The notes beneath the pieces are model-generated. The model was not told the DNA's origin. It did not search any database and was given only the letters and a program-made list of their open reading frames with translations. The position numbers and the translations under genes are program-made. Shown in pieces: positions 1 to 12,534 of a DNA stretch of 64,000 bases. The stretch lies in contig JBHGNT010000014.1 in assembly GCA_043228905.1 (NCBI GenBank), positions 1,488,001 to 1,552,000 of the forward strand, read 5' to 3'. Position 1 is the first letter of the stretch. Each line of letters opens with the position of its first letter. The stretch comes from Azolla caroliniana. Lineage: Eukaryota > Plantae > Polypodiophyta.

Positions 1-560
1 TCTCCTCTTCATAAAGACGTACGAGCATTTGTGCTTGTGTTTGTGTCTTTCTTGTACACTCGACTATCTTGTGACGAGGGAGCGTTTCGGGCGTGCCCAT
101 GCACCTCTCCTCCTCATGAAGGCGTACGACCATTGTGTGCGTGTTTTTGTGTCTTCCTTGTACGTTCGACCGTCTTGTGATGTGGGAGCGTTTCGAGTGT
201 GCCCATGCACATCTCCTCCTCATAAAGGCATACAAGCATTTTGTGCGTGTGTTTGTGTCTTCCTTGTACGTTTGGCCATCTTGTGACGGGGGAGCATTTC
301 GGGCGTGCCCATGCACCTCTCCTTCTCATAAAGTCGTATGAGCATTTGTGCGTGTGTTTGTGTATTCCTTGTACGTTCAGTCGTCTTGTGACGAGGGAGT
401 GTTCGGGCTTGGCCATGCACCTCTCCTCCTCATAAAGGCGTACGTAGGAGCATTTGTGCGTGTGTTTTGTGTCTTCCTTGTATGTTCGACGTCTTGTGAC
501 AAGGGAGCGTTCGGGCGTGCCCATGCACTTCTCCTCCTCATAAAGACATACGGGCATTCA
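1..560 (+). repeat. ~106-bp tandem array inside the LTR (5 full copies plus a partial one)
   Basis: Core CTTGTGACGAGGGAGCGTTTCGGGCGTGCCCATGCACCTCTCCTCCTCATAAAG starts at about 68, 174, 280, 386 and 493. Confidence 0.95.
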
Positions 561-840
561 TGTTTGTGTTATCATCCCCTTGTGTGTTCATCTTGCGTGC
601 TCATCTTTGCTTGTACCCATTTGATCATTGGCTCGTGCGGTGATCTCGAAAACTAGACGAGTCGTGATCGACGAAAGCCACCGGCCTCACAAAAGGGGCA
701 ACGAGCCCTTGCTTGGAAAGGGTCGGGAAGTTGTATTGTCGTAAAGCAAACCTTGGGTCTTCGCTATCCCTTCAGTACTCCCTAGTCCAAGACCCTCGTG
801 GTCCCGCCCAAGTAACACACACGCGCGAAACATCGCGACA
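1..840 (+). mobile_element. 3' part of an LTR (TGTCG...CGACA type) inserted into Gypsy-1 pol; left end outside the window
   Basis: Ends ...TAGTCCAAGACCCTCGTGGTCCCGCC...CATCGCGACA at 840, homologous to LTR ends at 17161, 22198 and 34605. Gypsy pol coding sequence begins abruptly at 841. Confidence 0.75.
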
Positions 841-3800
841 CCATGCTTAAGAAGTACATCATTTCCATCAACCACTGATCTGGGAAATTCTTGTCTTCTT
901 TCGCCCCAGTTGTCGCAATCCGCAGAATGTCGGCGTCTGGAAAATCGTCTTGTATGGGTATTGTGTCACCGCCATTATCGATCCTACTTAAATAATCTGC
1001 TACGGCGTGGTGTTTTCTTGGTCGATGTGGGATCTCAAATTCAAACTCCTCCAAGAGCAGCATCCATCTAGGTAGTTTCCAAGTTAAGGATTGCTTCGCG
1101 ACCAGATATAGTAATGCGGCGTGTTCCACATGAAATGTGAATTTTCGACCTAATAAATAATGTCAGAATTTATTTACATTGTAGATCATTCCTAGGGCTT
1201 CGCGCTCCATTGTCGAATAGTTACGCTCCGCATCTGATAGTTTGTGGCTAGAATAATACACCGGCCGGTACCAGTTTGCACTGCTTGTGGCGACATCGGA
1301 GGCATCTACAAATACGTGGAATGGTTTTGACCGGTCCGGAGGTTGTACCACGGGAGCTTGTGTCAACATTACTTTTAGTGCTTCGTATGCTTTATCCTCT
1401 AGTGTCGTCCATGTCTACGACGTACAATGCACTGCGGCGTGTAAGGGAGTTGCAAAATCCGCAAATAGCGAAGCATACGGCTGTGCCAGCGGATTCGCAC
1501 CAAGAAACGGCTAAAGTCCTTTGCATTACTAGGGATTTTTGTTTTGATAATGGCTTTGATTTTGCTGGGATCCACCGCGATACCATCCTTGCTTACTATA
1601 TGCCCAAGAAGGGTTCCACTTATGACCCCGAACGCGCACTTAGTTGGGTTAAGGCTGAGGCGTGAAGTACAACATCGTTCCAAAGCCTTCGATGGCCCAA
1701 GTGATCCCCTGACGCTCCATACACCGCAAAGTCATCGAGAAAGACTTGCATGCATGCAGGGATAAAGTCGCCCAAGATCTCCGCAATGGTACGCCAGAAC
1801 GTAGTGGGGGTTGTCTTTAGTCCGAACATCATGGCCACAGCTACAAAAACTCCTTCTATTACGAAAGAGGTCTTCTCCTGGTCCTCTGGGTGCATGCGTA
1901 CCTGGTTATACCCGCTAAATACATCCAAAAAACTCTACATGTCGTGGCTCACAACTGTGTTTAGTACACTACCGATACACGGTAGGGAAAATGCGTCTGT
2001 GATAGTGACTTCGTTCAACTTACAATAATCGATGCATACCCGTATTTTACCGTTTTTCTTTGGTACGACCATGATTGGGCTAAGCCATGTTGCTTGTTTA
2101 ACCGTCCAAATGAATGCACCTTTTAAGAGCTTGTCAATTTCCTCTTTTACGGGTGCCGCGTAGTTTGGGTTCATGCGATAACGTCTTTGCTGAACAAGTT
2201 TTGCATCCATGGCCAAGTTAATTTTGTGCTGATAGAATTTTGGGTCTAGCCCTTTCATGTCTTCATGCGACCATGCGAAGACATCTTTAAATTCCCGTAG
2301 CAGCTTGGTCATGGCCGTTTTTTCACTTGGCATCAGGTCCTTTGCGATCGATTGTAGCCTCGGGGCTTCGGCAGACCCTACATTAATATCCTCCAAAACC
2401 GACGTTGTGACCCTTCGCGAGATTTCCATCTCCCGCAATAAATGCCTCACATGCTCTACTTAGCTCCACCATGGATTCAAGATCTAGTTCATACACGTCC
2501 TCTTTCAGCGCACTCATTGGGCCGTACTCACTAGCGGTCTCGAGGACGTCTATTTAGAACATCAGTATTATCCGCGGATTTTCGGCGAGGTACGCTTCGA
2601 GCTCCGTATCCTCCAATTCTTCCAGCATGTTAATTTCTTCTACGTAAAGTGGTTGTTATAGCTTTCGTAGATGCGGAAGTCTCCTGCGTAGGTATGTGAA
2701 CCTTCCTTCACCCTCATCGGAAACTTATGCAATTGTACTGCCAATTTTGCTTGATATTAGCAGACCATAGCCATGGTATGCCTAACAAGATCAGATACGC
2801 CCCTAGGGCATCCAAAGCCAACACTACTGCGGAAATCTCAAAGCTACGTCCGCCAACTACAATTTGTAGTTTTCGAATCAACCCTAGTGATCTGATGGAA
2901 CGGGTGTCTACCATCTGAAGCCAGAATGGGCATGCCTCCTAGTCGGTAATGTCGAGGCGGTTACATGTGGTTTTACTGATCACATTTACCCTAGATCTGT
3001 CGTCTACGATGCATCCCGTGATTTCCTGCCCTTGCAGTACCACCTTTATGGTTGGGTTGTGGTGATCCACCACTGCTGGGCCTGAGCTGGACTTAGTGTA
3101 ATTAGCTGAAATCTCCAGTCCACTAGTACCCCGTATGCGATTTTCCACGGTCTGTCAGAATCGCGGAACAAGTCGTAATAGCTTGTCCATGGTCAACGTA
3201 ATTTCACGGTCTGCCAGTGCTTGCCATATCGGATCTGGTGTTAATGGCGTGCCTTCCATTTGCACGGTGGTGGTTGCGGAATCTTACCGCATTCGTTCCG
3301 CATTAGCTTCGTTTGCTTTCTCCACCCAGGCATGTGCCACTTTGCGTATGTCATCTTGTTCTTGCTTTCTCCACCTAGGCCTGATTGAGGGTTGTGACCT
3401 GTTGGACTTCCGTCGTGATCGTATTCACCGCTGGCCCTTTCCCTTTATCTCGTCATGGGCATTGCGTTGCGTAATGGCATGGTTGTTGACACACAAAACA
3501 ATGCATGTTGGACTCACCTTTGTCCAGGACCGGAGCCGTGGTCTCCACCGGTGTCGTTTGTTCTTCCCGGGTTCGTTGAAACCATATGTTGTTGCGGGGC
3601 TTCTGGCAATACTCCCGATGTTTCTATTGGCGTCGTTCATCCTCGGAGCTTTCCTCATTATGGCGTTGGTTCTATGATTGGCGAGTACCGTCGTACGCAC
3701 GGGGCCCTACCTGTCCGTCGCGATTGTTGGTAGGGTACCAATTATCATAGCGTCGCCCTCCCCGATTATAGCGGTCGTTGCTCTGATCCTCCTCTTCTTC

Positions 3801-5084
3801 CTGCTCCTCTTCGTCGGAATAAGGGTCGTTATGGCGATGGGGACGTTACGGTCTTTCAGTACGTTAAACCCTAAACACTACCAAGATCGCTCCTCCTGTT
3901 GGCCTTGGTCGTTGTGGCGGGACTGCCTATGCGGCTCCATACGACGAACTGTCGGTGTGGGCCTATTCAGCATGTTATACTCGCACTGGTTCACCGTATG
4001 CGCTCGCAAATGACTAATGGGGTAGTGTATCCGGATATTATACTCTATTGCAGAGTGCCCTGAGTTCAAGCATATTGTGCATTGAATGGCTTGGCGAAAA
4101 TGATAGTCTTTGTCTCTAGGTAATGTGTGCCTTAGCGACGCCATAGAGATTCCATCGTCCTCCTCTTCTAGCTCAAGTTGTAATTCCCGTTCTATGAATG
4201 TATCCGCCATTTGGCCCATGAGATTTTGCGTATGTAACGTTGTTCAGAGGGGTCGACGTAATGCTGCCAAAAATGTTTCTTTGGCCTCATCCTCTGTTAG
4301 CGCGCATGTTAGCTGTCGACGTAAACTCTGGAACCGCAAGCTAAAGTCAGCCACCTACTCTTGCGTCTGAGAAGTGGTAGTTTCACTATATTGGTTTAGT
4401 AGAGATGAACCCTCCTGCCTAGTGATGCTATGTGCGGTAAGCATCGATTCAAGTGTATACTCCGAGAGAGAGGGACCGTCGTTGCTAAGGCGCGGTCTTA
4501 TGTCTTCCGGGTGAAGCACCTGGTTTGTGGTCGATCTTGTCGAGTCGGTTCTCAGTTGCGTCGGTGGCTAGACATCCATTCCCTACTACTTGGTTGTGAG
4601 GATTCACATATCACCAAGCGTGCCAAAAGTGTTACCGGATAGGAACACGACCTACCCTCGATCCTTCAGGGTAGGTTCAAGGTGATTGTGGTATAGAGAA
4701 TGGATTCTTGTACCGTGTGTAGCTATAAAGGATGGAGCGTTACTTACTGTCCGTGAAGGTGGAGCGTGACTGGAGACGGCTACAACCGAGATCCTTCCTA
4801 CCGTGCGTATACAAGCACAAATGCACTACTAACCTTTAGACAATTACGCTATGTATTGACACAAAGACAGAGATAAGAAAAGACAGTAACTATATTAGAG
4901 AACGTATGCTCAAAACTGCGCGAGCTTGTACAATGTTCCTATGCTCTTTATATACACAAGGCATAGTCGGTTACGCTTCCTACGTGATCTATTACATGCG
5001 TTCTTTTAATGCTCCTACTATAATAATATGTTTCTTGTTCTTTTCTTTACTCTTTTCCCACTAGTCCGCTTCCGGCGGACAACA
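841..5084 (-). mobile_element. Gypsy-1: decayed Ty3/Gypsy element (5' LTR, PBS, gag, protease, RT, RNase H), cut by the LTR at 1-840
   Basis: Minus-strand fragments include RT (GYNQVRM, VFLDDF, WLSPIMVVPKKNG) and RNase H (FVDASD, ERNYSTMEREALG). 5' LTR at 4630-5084 reads TGTTGTCCGCC...GGTAACA on the minus strand. PBS TGGCACGCTTGGTGA at 4611-4625. Collinear with Gypsy-2. Confidence 0.92.
4630..5084 (-). repeat. 5' LTR of Gypsy-1 (455 bp)
   Basis: TG...CA termini match those of the Gypsy-2 LTRs, and it is followed by CTTT plus the PBS. Confidence 0.88.
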
Positions 5085-5848
5085 CCTAGCCCATGCCGTA
5101 GGAGTGGTCAGCCGGTACATGTCAAACCCAGGAAGGAAGCATTGGGAGGTCGTCAAGCACATCTTCAGGTACCTGAGAGGGACCGAAGATACAGAGCTGA
5201 CTTTCGGTTTGACAACCTTAGCCGAAGTCGAAGGCTACAGTGACTCCGATTAATGTCAGAAATACGGACAATGGGAAGTCAACATCAGGCTATATTTTCA
5301 CCTATGGTGGTGGTGTGATATCATGGAGGTCGAAGCTTCAAGACTGCATGGCCATATCGACCACAGAGGCCGAGTACATAGCAACATTGAAGGCAACGAA
5401 GGAAGCGATCTGGTTGCACCGACTGTCTGCCAACTCATCTACAAGCTGAATCGACTGACCAACGATGACCATCTATTGCGACTCACAGAGCACAATTCAC
5501 CTCATTAACAATCCCGTCTATCACACAAAGACGAAGCACATTGAGGTACGGTATCATCACATCTGAGAGCTTATAACTGAGAAGAGGCTCGAAGTCTAGA
5601 AGATCGACACCGAGGTGAACATTGCCTATTTCCTGACAAAGCCATTCCTAGATCAACGCTTCAGAGCACTAAGAACAAAGATGGGACTACAACAAGCGAT
5701 CGAGCAGAAGAACGCGGAACGAGGAGTAGAAGGTAAGAGTCAATGGAATCAATCATGATAATGAGCCATGCTAGGCTCAACACGGACCTCACCTATACCG
5801 ACTCGACTATATGCCGATCGACTTGTAACATAAATCTAGATTACTGTT

Positions 5849-8800
5849 TGTTGAGCGAGCAAGCTCAACCGAATCCGGATCGGCTGAATAAGCCTGAGCC
5901 GGATCGGCAACCAGGAGGATGAGTCGGATCGGTATCCGAAAACAACCGGCCGGATTGGGGAGACGGATTAGAGACTCGGATTCGAGCAGGAATCGGAAGC
6001 CTAGTAGTAGCCTAGACTACTAGGTAATCATTGTCTCATAGTTAGTGTCAATCACATGTATGAGCATTGAATTACCTGTCAGTACTTCTGTCAGTCCTTT
6101 ATGGACTTTGTATAAATAGTTTTGTTATAGCACATTGTATGTACAGAGTTTTAGAGTCATTTTTTGAATCTACGTTTACGTTCTGCTCTCTCTGTCTCTC
6201 CCGTGTATTAAGCTTCTCCATTAAACCTTCATCTTATTCTCTGTTGCTATCCGGGTGATCCGGTTTGTCTAAAGCTTCCGCACGATAACATTTACATGGT
6301 TTCAGAGCGCGAGGGTTGAGAACCTCTATAGACGACACTTGCTTTCGTAGACAAACCCTAGAACCCGGTAACAGTAGACAAAGAGAATATATGGATAGAG
6401 GAATGGCGAGTTCACTTCCAATAGAAAAGCTCGACCGGAGCAACTATGCGTCCTGTCATACAAGATGCACCAATACCTGTTGGGGCATGGATATTGGAGC
6501 TTCATGGAACTAACGAACGAGGTAGCACCTGAGCCGACACACAGTGACTTCCCGGTATGGGAGCAAGGAGCAAGCCGAGTATTGTACTGCCTTGCGTCCT
6601 GTGTGCACTATCAGATGCTCAGCTACATCAAGGATGCAAAGACGCTGAAGGAGGCCTGGGGAAATTTGACGAAGATTTTCACCGTGAGTACCACAACCCG
6701 TAAGTTGCAGCTCCGGCAAAAGGTGAACAACATCTGGCAAAGAGACATGTCGGTTATGGATTACACCACCAAGATAAAGGAGATTTGTGATGCACTCAGG
6801 TCCATCAACATGATGCTGGATGAAGACGAGATGGTACAAATCTGCCTCGGTGGTCTAGCGCAAAGGTACGCGCCAATCCGGACGGCGATCTGCACCCGAC
6901 AGAAACCACCGTCTTTCTTCGACTTGCAATCGATGCTGATGGTCGAAGGAAACCACGTGAGTGGGTCAAGGACCACTCAATCGGACGGTTGGATGTTGTA
7001 CACCGAGACAGGTCAGCCCCATGGACGTGGTGGATGAGGTGGGTCAGCACGCAATGGAGGCGACCGGCAAAAGCAGGAATGGAGGCACAGAGGTGGTGCC
7101 GGCAACGGTTCCGGACCCTCCACAAGCAGGGGGAGTCAAATCGGCACCGAGAACCGGCAAGGAAAGGCCGACATGGAATGCTGGTACTGTGGAAAAAAGG
7201 GCCACAAGGAAAGCGAGTGCAGGAAGACGCACACTGATTCAAACAAATCCGGATATGGCAAAACTGGTCGGGAGAACCGACAAAGCTCGCACTACGTAGA
7301 AGGATCGGAAGGATCCGGAACCGGGAGAACCGGTAAAGGGCCAGCCTTCGTGATGAAGCACAAGGCTAACTCGATGAAGAAGACTACTTCCAAATCGGAG
7401 GAAGTATGGTACATTGATTCCAGAGCATCCAACCAGATGACGAGCCATGAAGAGTAGCTCTCTTTTTTGGAGAAGCCGGAACAATCGGGGATTGTCGAAA
7501 CCAGAGACGACACCCCTCACCCAATTGTGCATGTCGGAGAAGTCCCTTTAAGCTATGTCGGACAAAAGGGCAAGTTGATGAACGTACTACATGTTCCGAC
7601 TATCACAAAGAACCTGGTGTCAGTTGGACAAATCGTCGACCAGGGGATGCAGGTGTGGTTTACGCACCTAGGGTGCTTCATCGGGGAAGAAGGCCGGATA
7701 ATCACACAAGGGCACAGAGAAGGGAGGATATTTATCGTCAACGCTAATGACATCGGCACCGCCAAGTTTGCCAAAGGACAGAAGATTGAATCGGACATTG
7801 ATCTCTGACACAAGCGGATCAACCACATCAATTATCGGAGGCTTCAAGACCTGCAATCGAAACAAGTTGTGTTCGTATTGCCGAAATTCAGTGGCTAGAA
7901 GGCTGGAATTTGTGAAGCTTGCCAACTTGGGAAGAAACACCGGCTTCCATTCCCCACCGAACGAAACCAAAGCCATAACAAGCTCGACCTAATCCATTCG
8001 GATGTATGGGGACCACACAAAACGTTAGTCTTGGCGGGAGTCGCTACTTCGTCTCCTTCATGGACGACTACAACCGGCACACGTGGATCTACCTCATCGA
8101 ACGGAAGAGCGAAGTCTTCGAATGTTTCTGGAACTTACAAAGTTTAGTTGAATGGAAACGGAGAGGAAGGTCAAGTGCTTCTGTTAGATGGCGGAAAAGA
8201 ATACTTTGCCGGCCAATTCAACAGTTATCTGCAGCAGAAAGAGAATTCAGTTGCAGATACACGCCGGAGCAAAATGGTGTGGCCGAAAGGAAGAACTGGT
8301 CGATTGTCGACGAGGTGAGGGCAATGCTAGAGGAGAAGAGCATGCCCCATTTCTACTGGGCTGAGGCGGTTCGAATGGTCATCTACATCCAAAATCGGAT
8401 CAGAGACAAGGTGTCAACACATGAGCTGTATTTCGAGTGGAACCCAAATTTGAAACATCTTCGGATATTCGGTAGCATAGCATATGTGCATGTACCGGAT
8501 GAGAAGTGGAGGAAGTTGGATCCGAAGTCGGAGAAATGCATCCTAGTCGGCTACTCGCATGAGCAAAAGGGGTATAAGTGCTATAACCCCTCGACTAAGC
8601 AGGTCCGAGTAAGCCAAGATGTCGAGTTTGATGAGACGGCATCATGTTACTCCGTACCGACGAAGACCCGATTCCGGAAGATGAGGCTAGTGAGCCCGAG
8701 GAGGTCCAGATAGAAGATGACGAGCTTGAGACTCTAGAAGAGAGTCCGGACTCATTTTAGTTCAGCAGACCGAACGAGCGATTTGGTCAAAGTGATCAGT

Positions 8801-11529
8801 CGGATGAAGAACCGGTGAGTAGTGGAGACTCTGTTGTGCTCTCCCCGCGCAAGGAACCGAGGAGACGGTTCACGCACAAAGAGAAGGGCAAGAAGAAGAT
8901 GTCAGAATACGAAACCGGCAATGTTGAGTCGGATCGGAACGAATCCGACACCGAAAAGGATGAAGTCAGATCTTCGGGAACGAAATCTGAACCGGCCAAG
9001 AAGGGCCCCAATCCGGGTGATGACAAGTTACGCCGGTCCTCCCGCAAGAAGAACCCCATTACGCGGTATGGGTACAATGAGTACATGGCGCATCACTATG
9101 TGTACATGACCAAAGTGGCGGAAGTGCGTGAGCCGGAGAGCTATGCAGAAGCGGCAAAGGACACAAATTGGCGTGCCGCTATGGAGGAAGAAATGTGGGC
9201 ACTTGATGCCAATGACACATGGGACCTCATTGATCCTCCCCGACACTGTAAACCGATTGGTTGCAAATGGGTGTACAAGGTAAAGTACAATGCTGACAGT
9301 TCGGTTAACCGGTACAAGGCCCGGTTAGTGGCGAAGGGATACGCATAGACCCACGGAATCGACTACGACGAGACCTTCACTCCAGTAGCGAAGATGACGA
9401 CAGTTCATGTGGTACTAGCAGTTGTTGGGGCAAGGGGGTGGCATCTTCACCAGATGGACGTGAAGAATGCGTTTCTTCAAGGTGACCTTGAAGAACGGGC
9501 CTATATGATCCAACCTCCCGGATTTCAGTCAGAGATGAACAAGTCGACAATGTGTCGGCTTAAGAAGTCACTTTACAGTCTGAAACAAGCCCCCCGAGCT
9601 TGGAATACGAAGATCACGCACCGGATGCGTAAGATGGGGTTTGTGACCTCTAAATCTGACTCCTCGTTGTTCATCCGGCAAGGTTCGGACGATCCAGTTT
9701 GCATCATACTTTATGTTGATGATTTAGTCATCACTAGACCCGGACTCAATGAAATTGGCCGAGTAAAGTCCCAGCTATCGGACGCATTTGAAATGAAGGA
9801 CCTGGGGGACCTTCATTATTTTCTTGGGATCGAGGTGATTTGAACCCCTGATGGCATATTGCTCTCACAACAACACTATGTGTTGAAGATGTTGTACAAG
9901 TTTGGCATGCCGGAATCCTGACCTGTCTCCACACCCCTGGACTAGAACCAAAAGCTTTGTCCCAACTCCGAACTGACCTACGATGAGAAACGGTTTCGAC
10001 AAATTGTCAAAAGGCTCATATACCTGACAATCACTCGACCCGACCTCAGTTACCCGGTCAGAGTGATCAAGCAATTCATGCACAAGCCGACCGACGAGCA
10101 CCTTCAGTGTGCACACCGGATACTCCGGTATGGGAGTGTCACGAAGGATCGGGGACTGTTATAATGACACAGTATAGCTGGGAAGCTAGTCGGATATACC
10201 GATGCCGACTGGGCTGGTGATGCATCGGATCGCTGATCCATCTCCAGTTATATGTTTTCTCTAGGTAGTGCGGTTGTTGCGTGGAGCAGCAAGAAGCAGC
10301 CAATAGTGCCTCTGTTGAGCACTGAGGCTGAATATCGGAGCGCTACCAATGCCACCTGTGAAGCCATCTAGCTTCGGCAACTGCTGCAAGACCTGCGAAT
10401 TGTGGTACCGACCCCGATCTTGATCTACTATGACAACACGAGTAGCATTTAGTTCGCCAAGAACCCCGTGTTCCATGCTCGGACGAGGCACATAGAAGTC
10501 CACTATCACTTTGTGCATGAGTAGGTTTTGAGCGGTGAAGTTGAACTTCGGTATGTTTAGACGGATCGGCAAGTTGCCGATATCTTCACCAAACTACTCA
10601 GATTGGACAAGTTGCAACACTTCACTGAAATGCTTGGTGTTTAGCATCTCGACGTGCAGCACTTGAGGGGGAGAAAAGGAAAGGGAACATATGGCACCGG
10701 ACAAGGAGCCGGAGAGGAAGAAAGAACAAACAAAGGGGGAAATAAAGGGGAAAAGGAAGTCGAGTCGATGAAGGAAGTCGAGCCGGATCATGTAAACGTC
10801 AAGCGGACACAGATGCAGTGGAAGTTGACGCCAATACGGAGGAACCGATGAGTCGACAAGCGTCGGAGTCGCAACAACAAGGGAGCTGAAATGGGCCTGT
10901 TGAGCAGACAAGCTGACCGAGGAGGTCAAGGTGCGCAGAACCAAAAGGGTCACGGCAAACAAGACTGGACCGGATGAGGAGCGCGAGCAAGGCGAAGCGA
11001 CGCCAGAAGAAGCCGGGTAGAAGAACCGGCTGCCACAGACATTAACACCACGACCGACCTCAAGTTGAGCTTGAGGGGGACTGTTGAGCAAGCAAGCTCA
11101 ACCGGATCTGGATCGGCTGAATAAGCCTGGGCCGAATCGGCATCCGGAAGGATGAGTCGGATCGGTATCCGGAAACAACCGGCCGGATCGGGGAGACAGA
11201 TCAGAGAGCCGAATTCGAGCAGGAACCGGAAGCCTAGTAGTATCCTAGACTACTATGTAATCATTGTCTCGTAGTTAGTGTCAGTTGCACGTATGAGCAT
11301 TGAAGTACCTATCAGTACTTATGTCAGTCCTTTATGGACTTTGTATAAATAGTGTTGTTATAGCACATTGTATGTACAGAGTTTTAGAGTCATTTTTTGA
11401 ATCTACGTTTACGTTCTGCTCTCTCTGTCTCTCCCGTGTATTAAGCTTCTCCATTAAACCTTCATCTTATTCTCTGTTGCTATCCGGCTGAGCCGGTTTG
11501 TCTAACGCTTCCGCACAATAACATTTACA
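5849..11529 (+). mobile_element. Copia-B: full-length decayed Ty1/Copia retrotransposon
   Basis: LTRs 5849-6296 and 11082-11529 (TGTTGAGC...TTTACA). TSD CTGTT/TTGTT. PBS TGGTTTCAGAGC (initiator-Met type, one mismatch) at 6297. PPT GAGGGGGA at 11073-11080. Confidence 0.95.
6403..10650 (+). pseudogene. Copia-B gag-pol (gag, CCHC knuckle, protease, integrase, RT, RNase H) with many stops and frameshifts
   Basis: Motifs CWYCGKKGHKESEC, WYIDSRAS, TPEQNGVAER, QMDVKNAFL and LYVDDL occur in Copia order. Confidence 0.92.
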
Positions 11530-12534
11530 TTGTTCTAATCTAGGTTTATGAGGGAGACAGTCCCAAACACCTCTACATGTAGGAATGAGTAGTCCTTTTA
11601 AGGGGGAGTTTGTTGGCATAAAAGGCCAACTCCTTCCACTTTGTATCCTAGTGTGAACTCATCCATATAGTTAGGGCTTAGTATATAAGCAATAACCTAA
11701 CATTGTAAAGTAGAGACCACTTGATCATCCTGTACATCGAGTCTCTGAGAGAGAGAGAACAGAAATAAGGAGAGCTTCCATTAAAGCTTTATCTGTGTGT
11801 GTCTATCATTTGTCTACATCTTCTTGCCTTCCCTCCATGTTGTTTTCTGAGCATAACCAACAGGTCCTCACATACGTTTCCGCACATATTTGTCCAACAT
11901 TTCAACCCCTCTGGTTCCACGCATCTTGACCCTTTCGGTCGGCTTGTCTACGCGTAAGGCCCTTGTCAGCTCCCTCGTTGTTGCGACTTCACCACTCATC
12001 GACCCGATGATTCCTTCGTTTCAGTGTCCGCTTCGGCTGCCCTTTTGTCCTCTTGGCCGTCAACTGATTCAACTCTTCCGAATCGAACATTTCGACCAAA
12101 TCAGCTGCTCCCGATTTATTCCAACTTTTGTCTGAATCGGTTGTCTCCGATTCATCCTCTTTTAGGCCCTGGACCACATCTGCCCATGTCTTGGTCCTGG
12201 CCTTCGCTCGGTCGGCTCTGTCCTTTTCAACTCTTCCGCCTCTCTTGCCTTTTTCGGCTATTCCACCCTTTGATTCGGTTGGCTTCGGCTTGTAGCCGCT
12301 CCCCCTACATCTGACTAGTCTCCACTTGGCTAATCTTTCTGCACATGTCCATTCGTCCTCGGCTTCTCCAGCCGATCTGAACATTCCGACTTCTTTAGTC
12401 AATCCGAAATCGAATTCATCATCCAATTCGGCTTTTCGGACATCATCTTCCTTTTCAGCTCTATCTCTCCCCCTCAAGTTCGGCATGTCGAGATGTTGCA
12501 GACCAAGTGCTCTCGAGAACTGTCGCAACTTGTT

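Larger units (their letters stand above)
5085..11862 (+). mobile_element. Copia-A: 3' portion (RT end/RNase H 5085-5750, 3' LTR 11611-11862), interrupted by Copia-B
   Basis: Translates LAHAVGVVSRYMSNPGRKHW...STSGYIFT...STTEAEY...KHIEVRYH. Sequence resumes at 11535. PPT AAGGGGGAG is followed by LTR TGTTGG...CCAACA. Confidence 0.85.

Noticed and set aside
29-656. Cys-rich repetitive ORFs (also 15900-16938 and 37923-38594)
   Set aside because: They are by-products of tandem repeats open in several frames.
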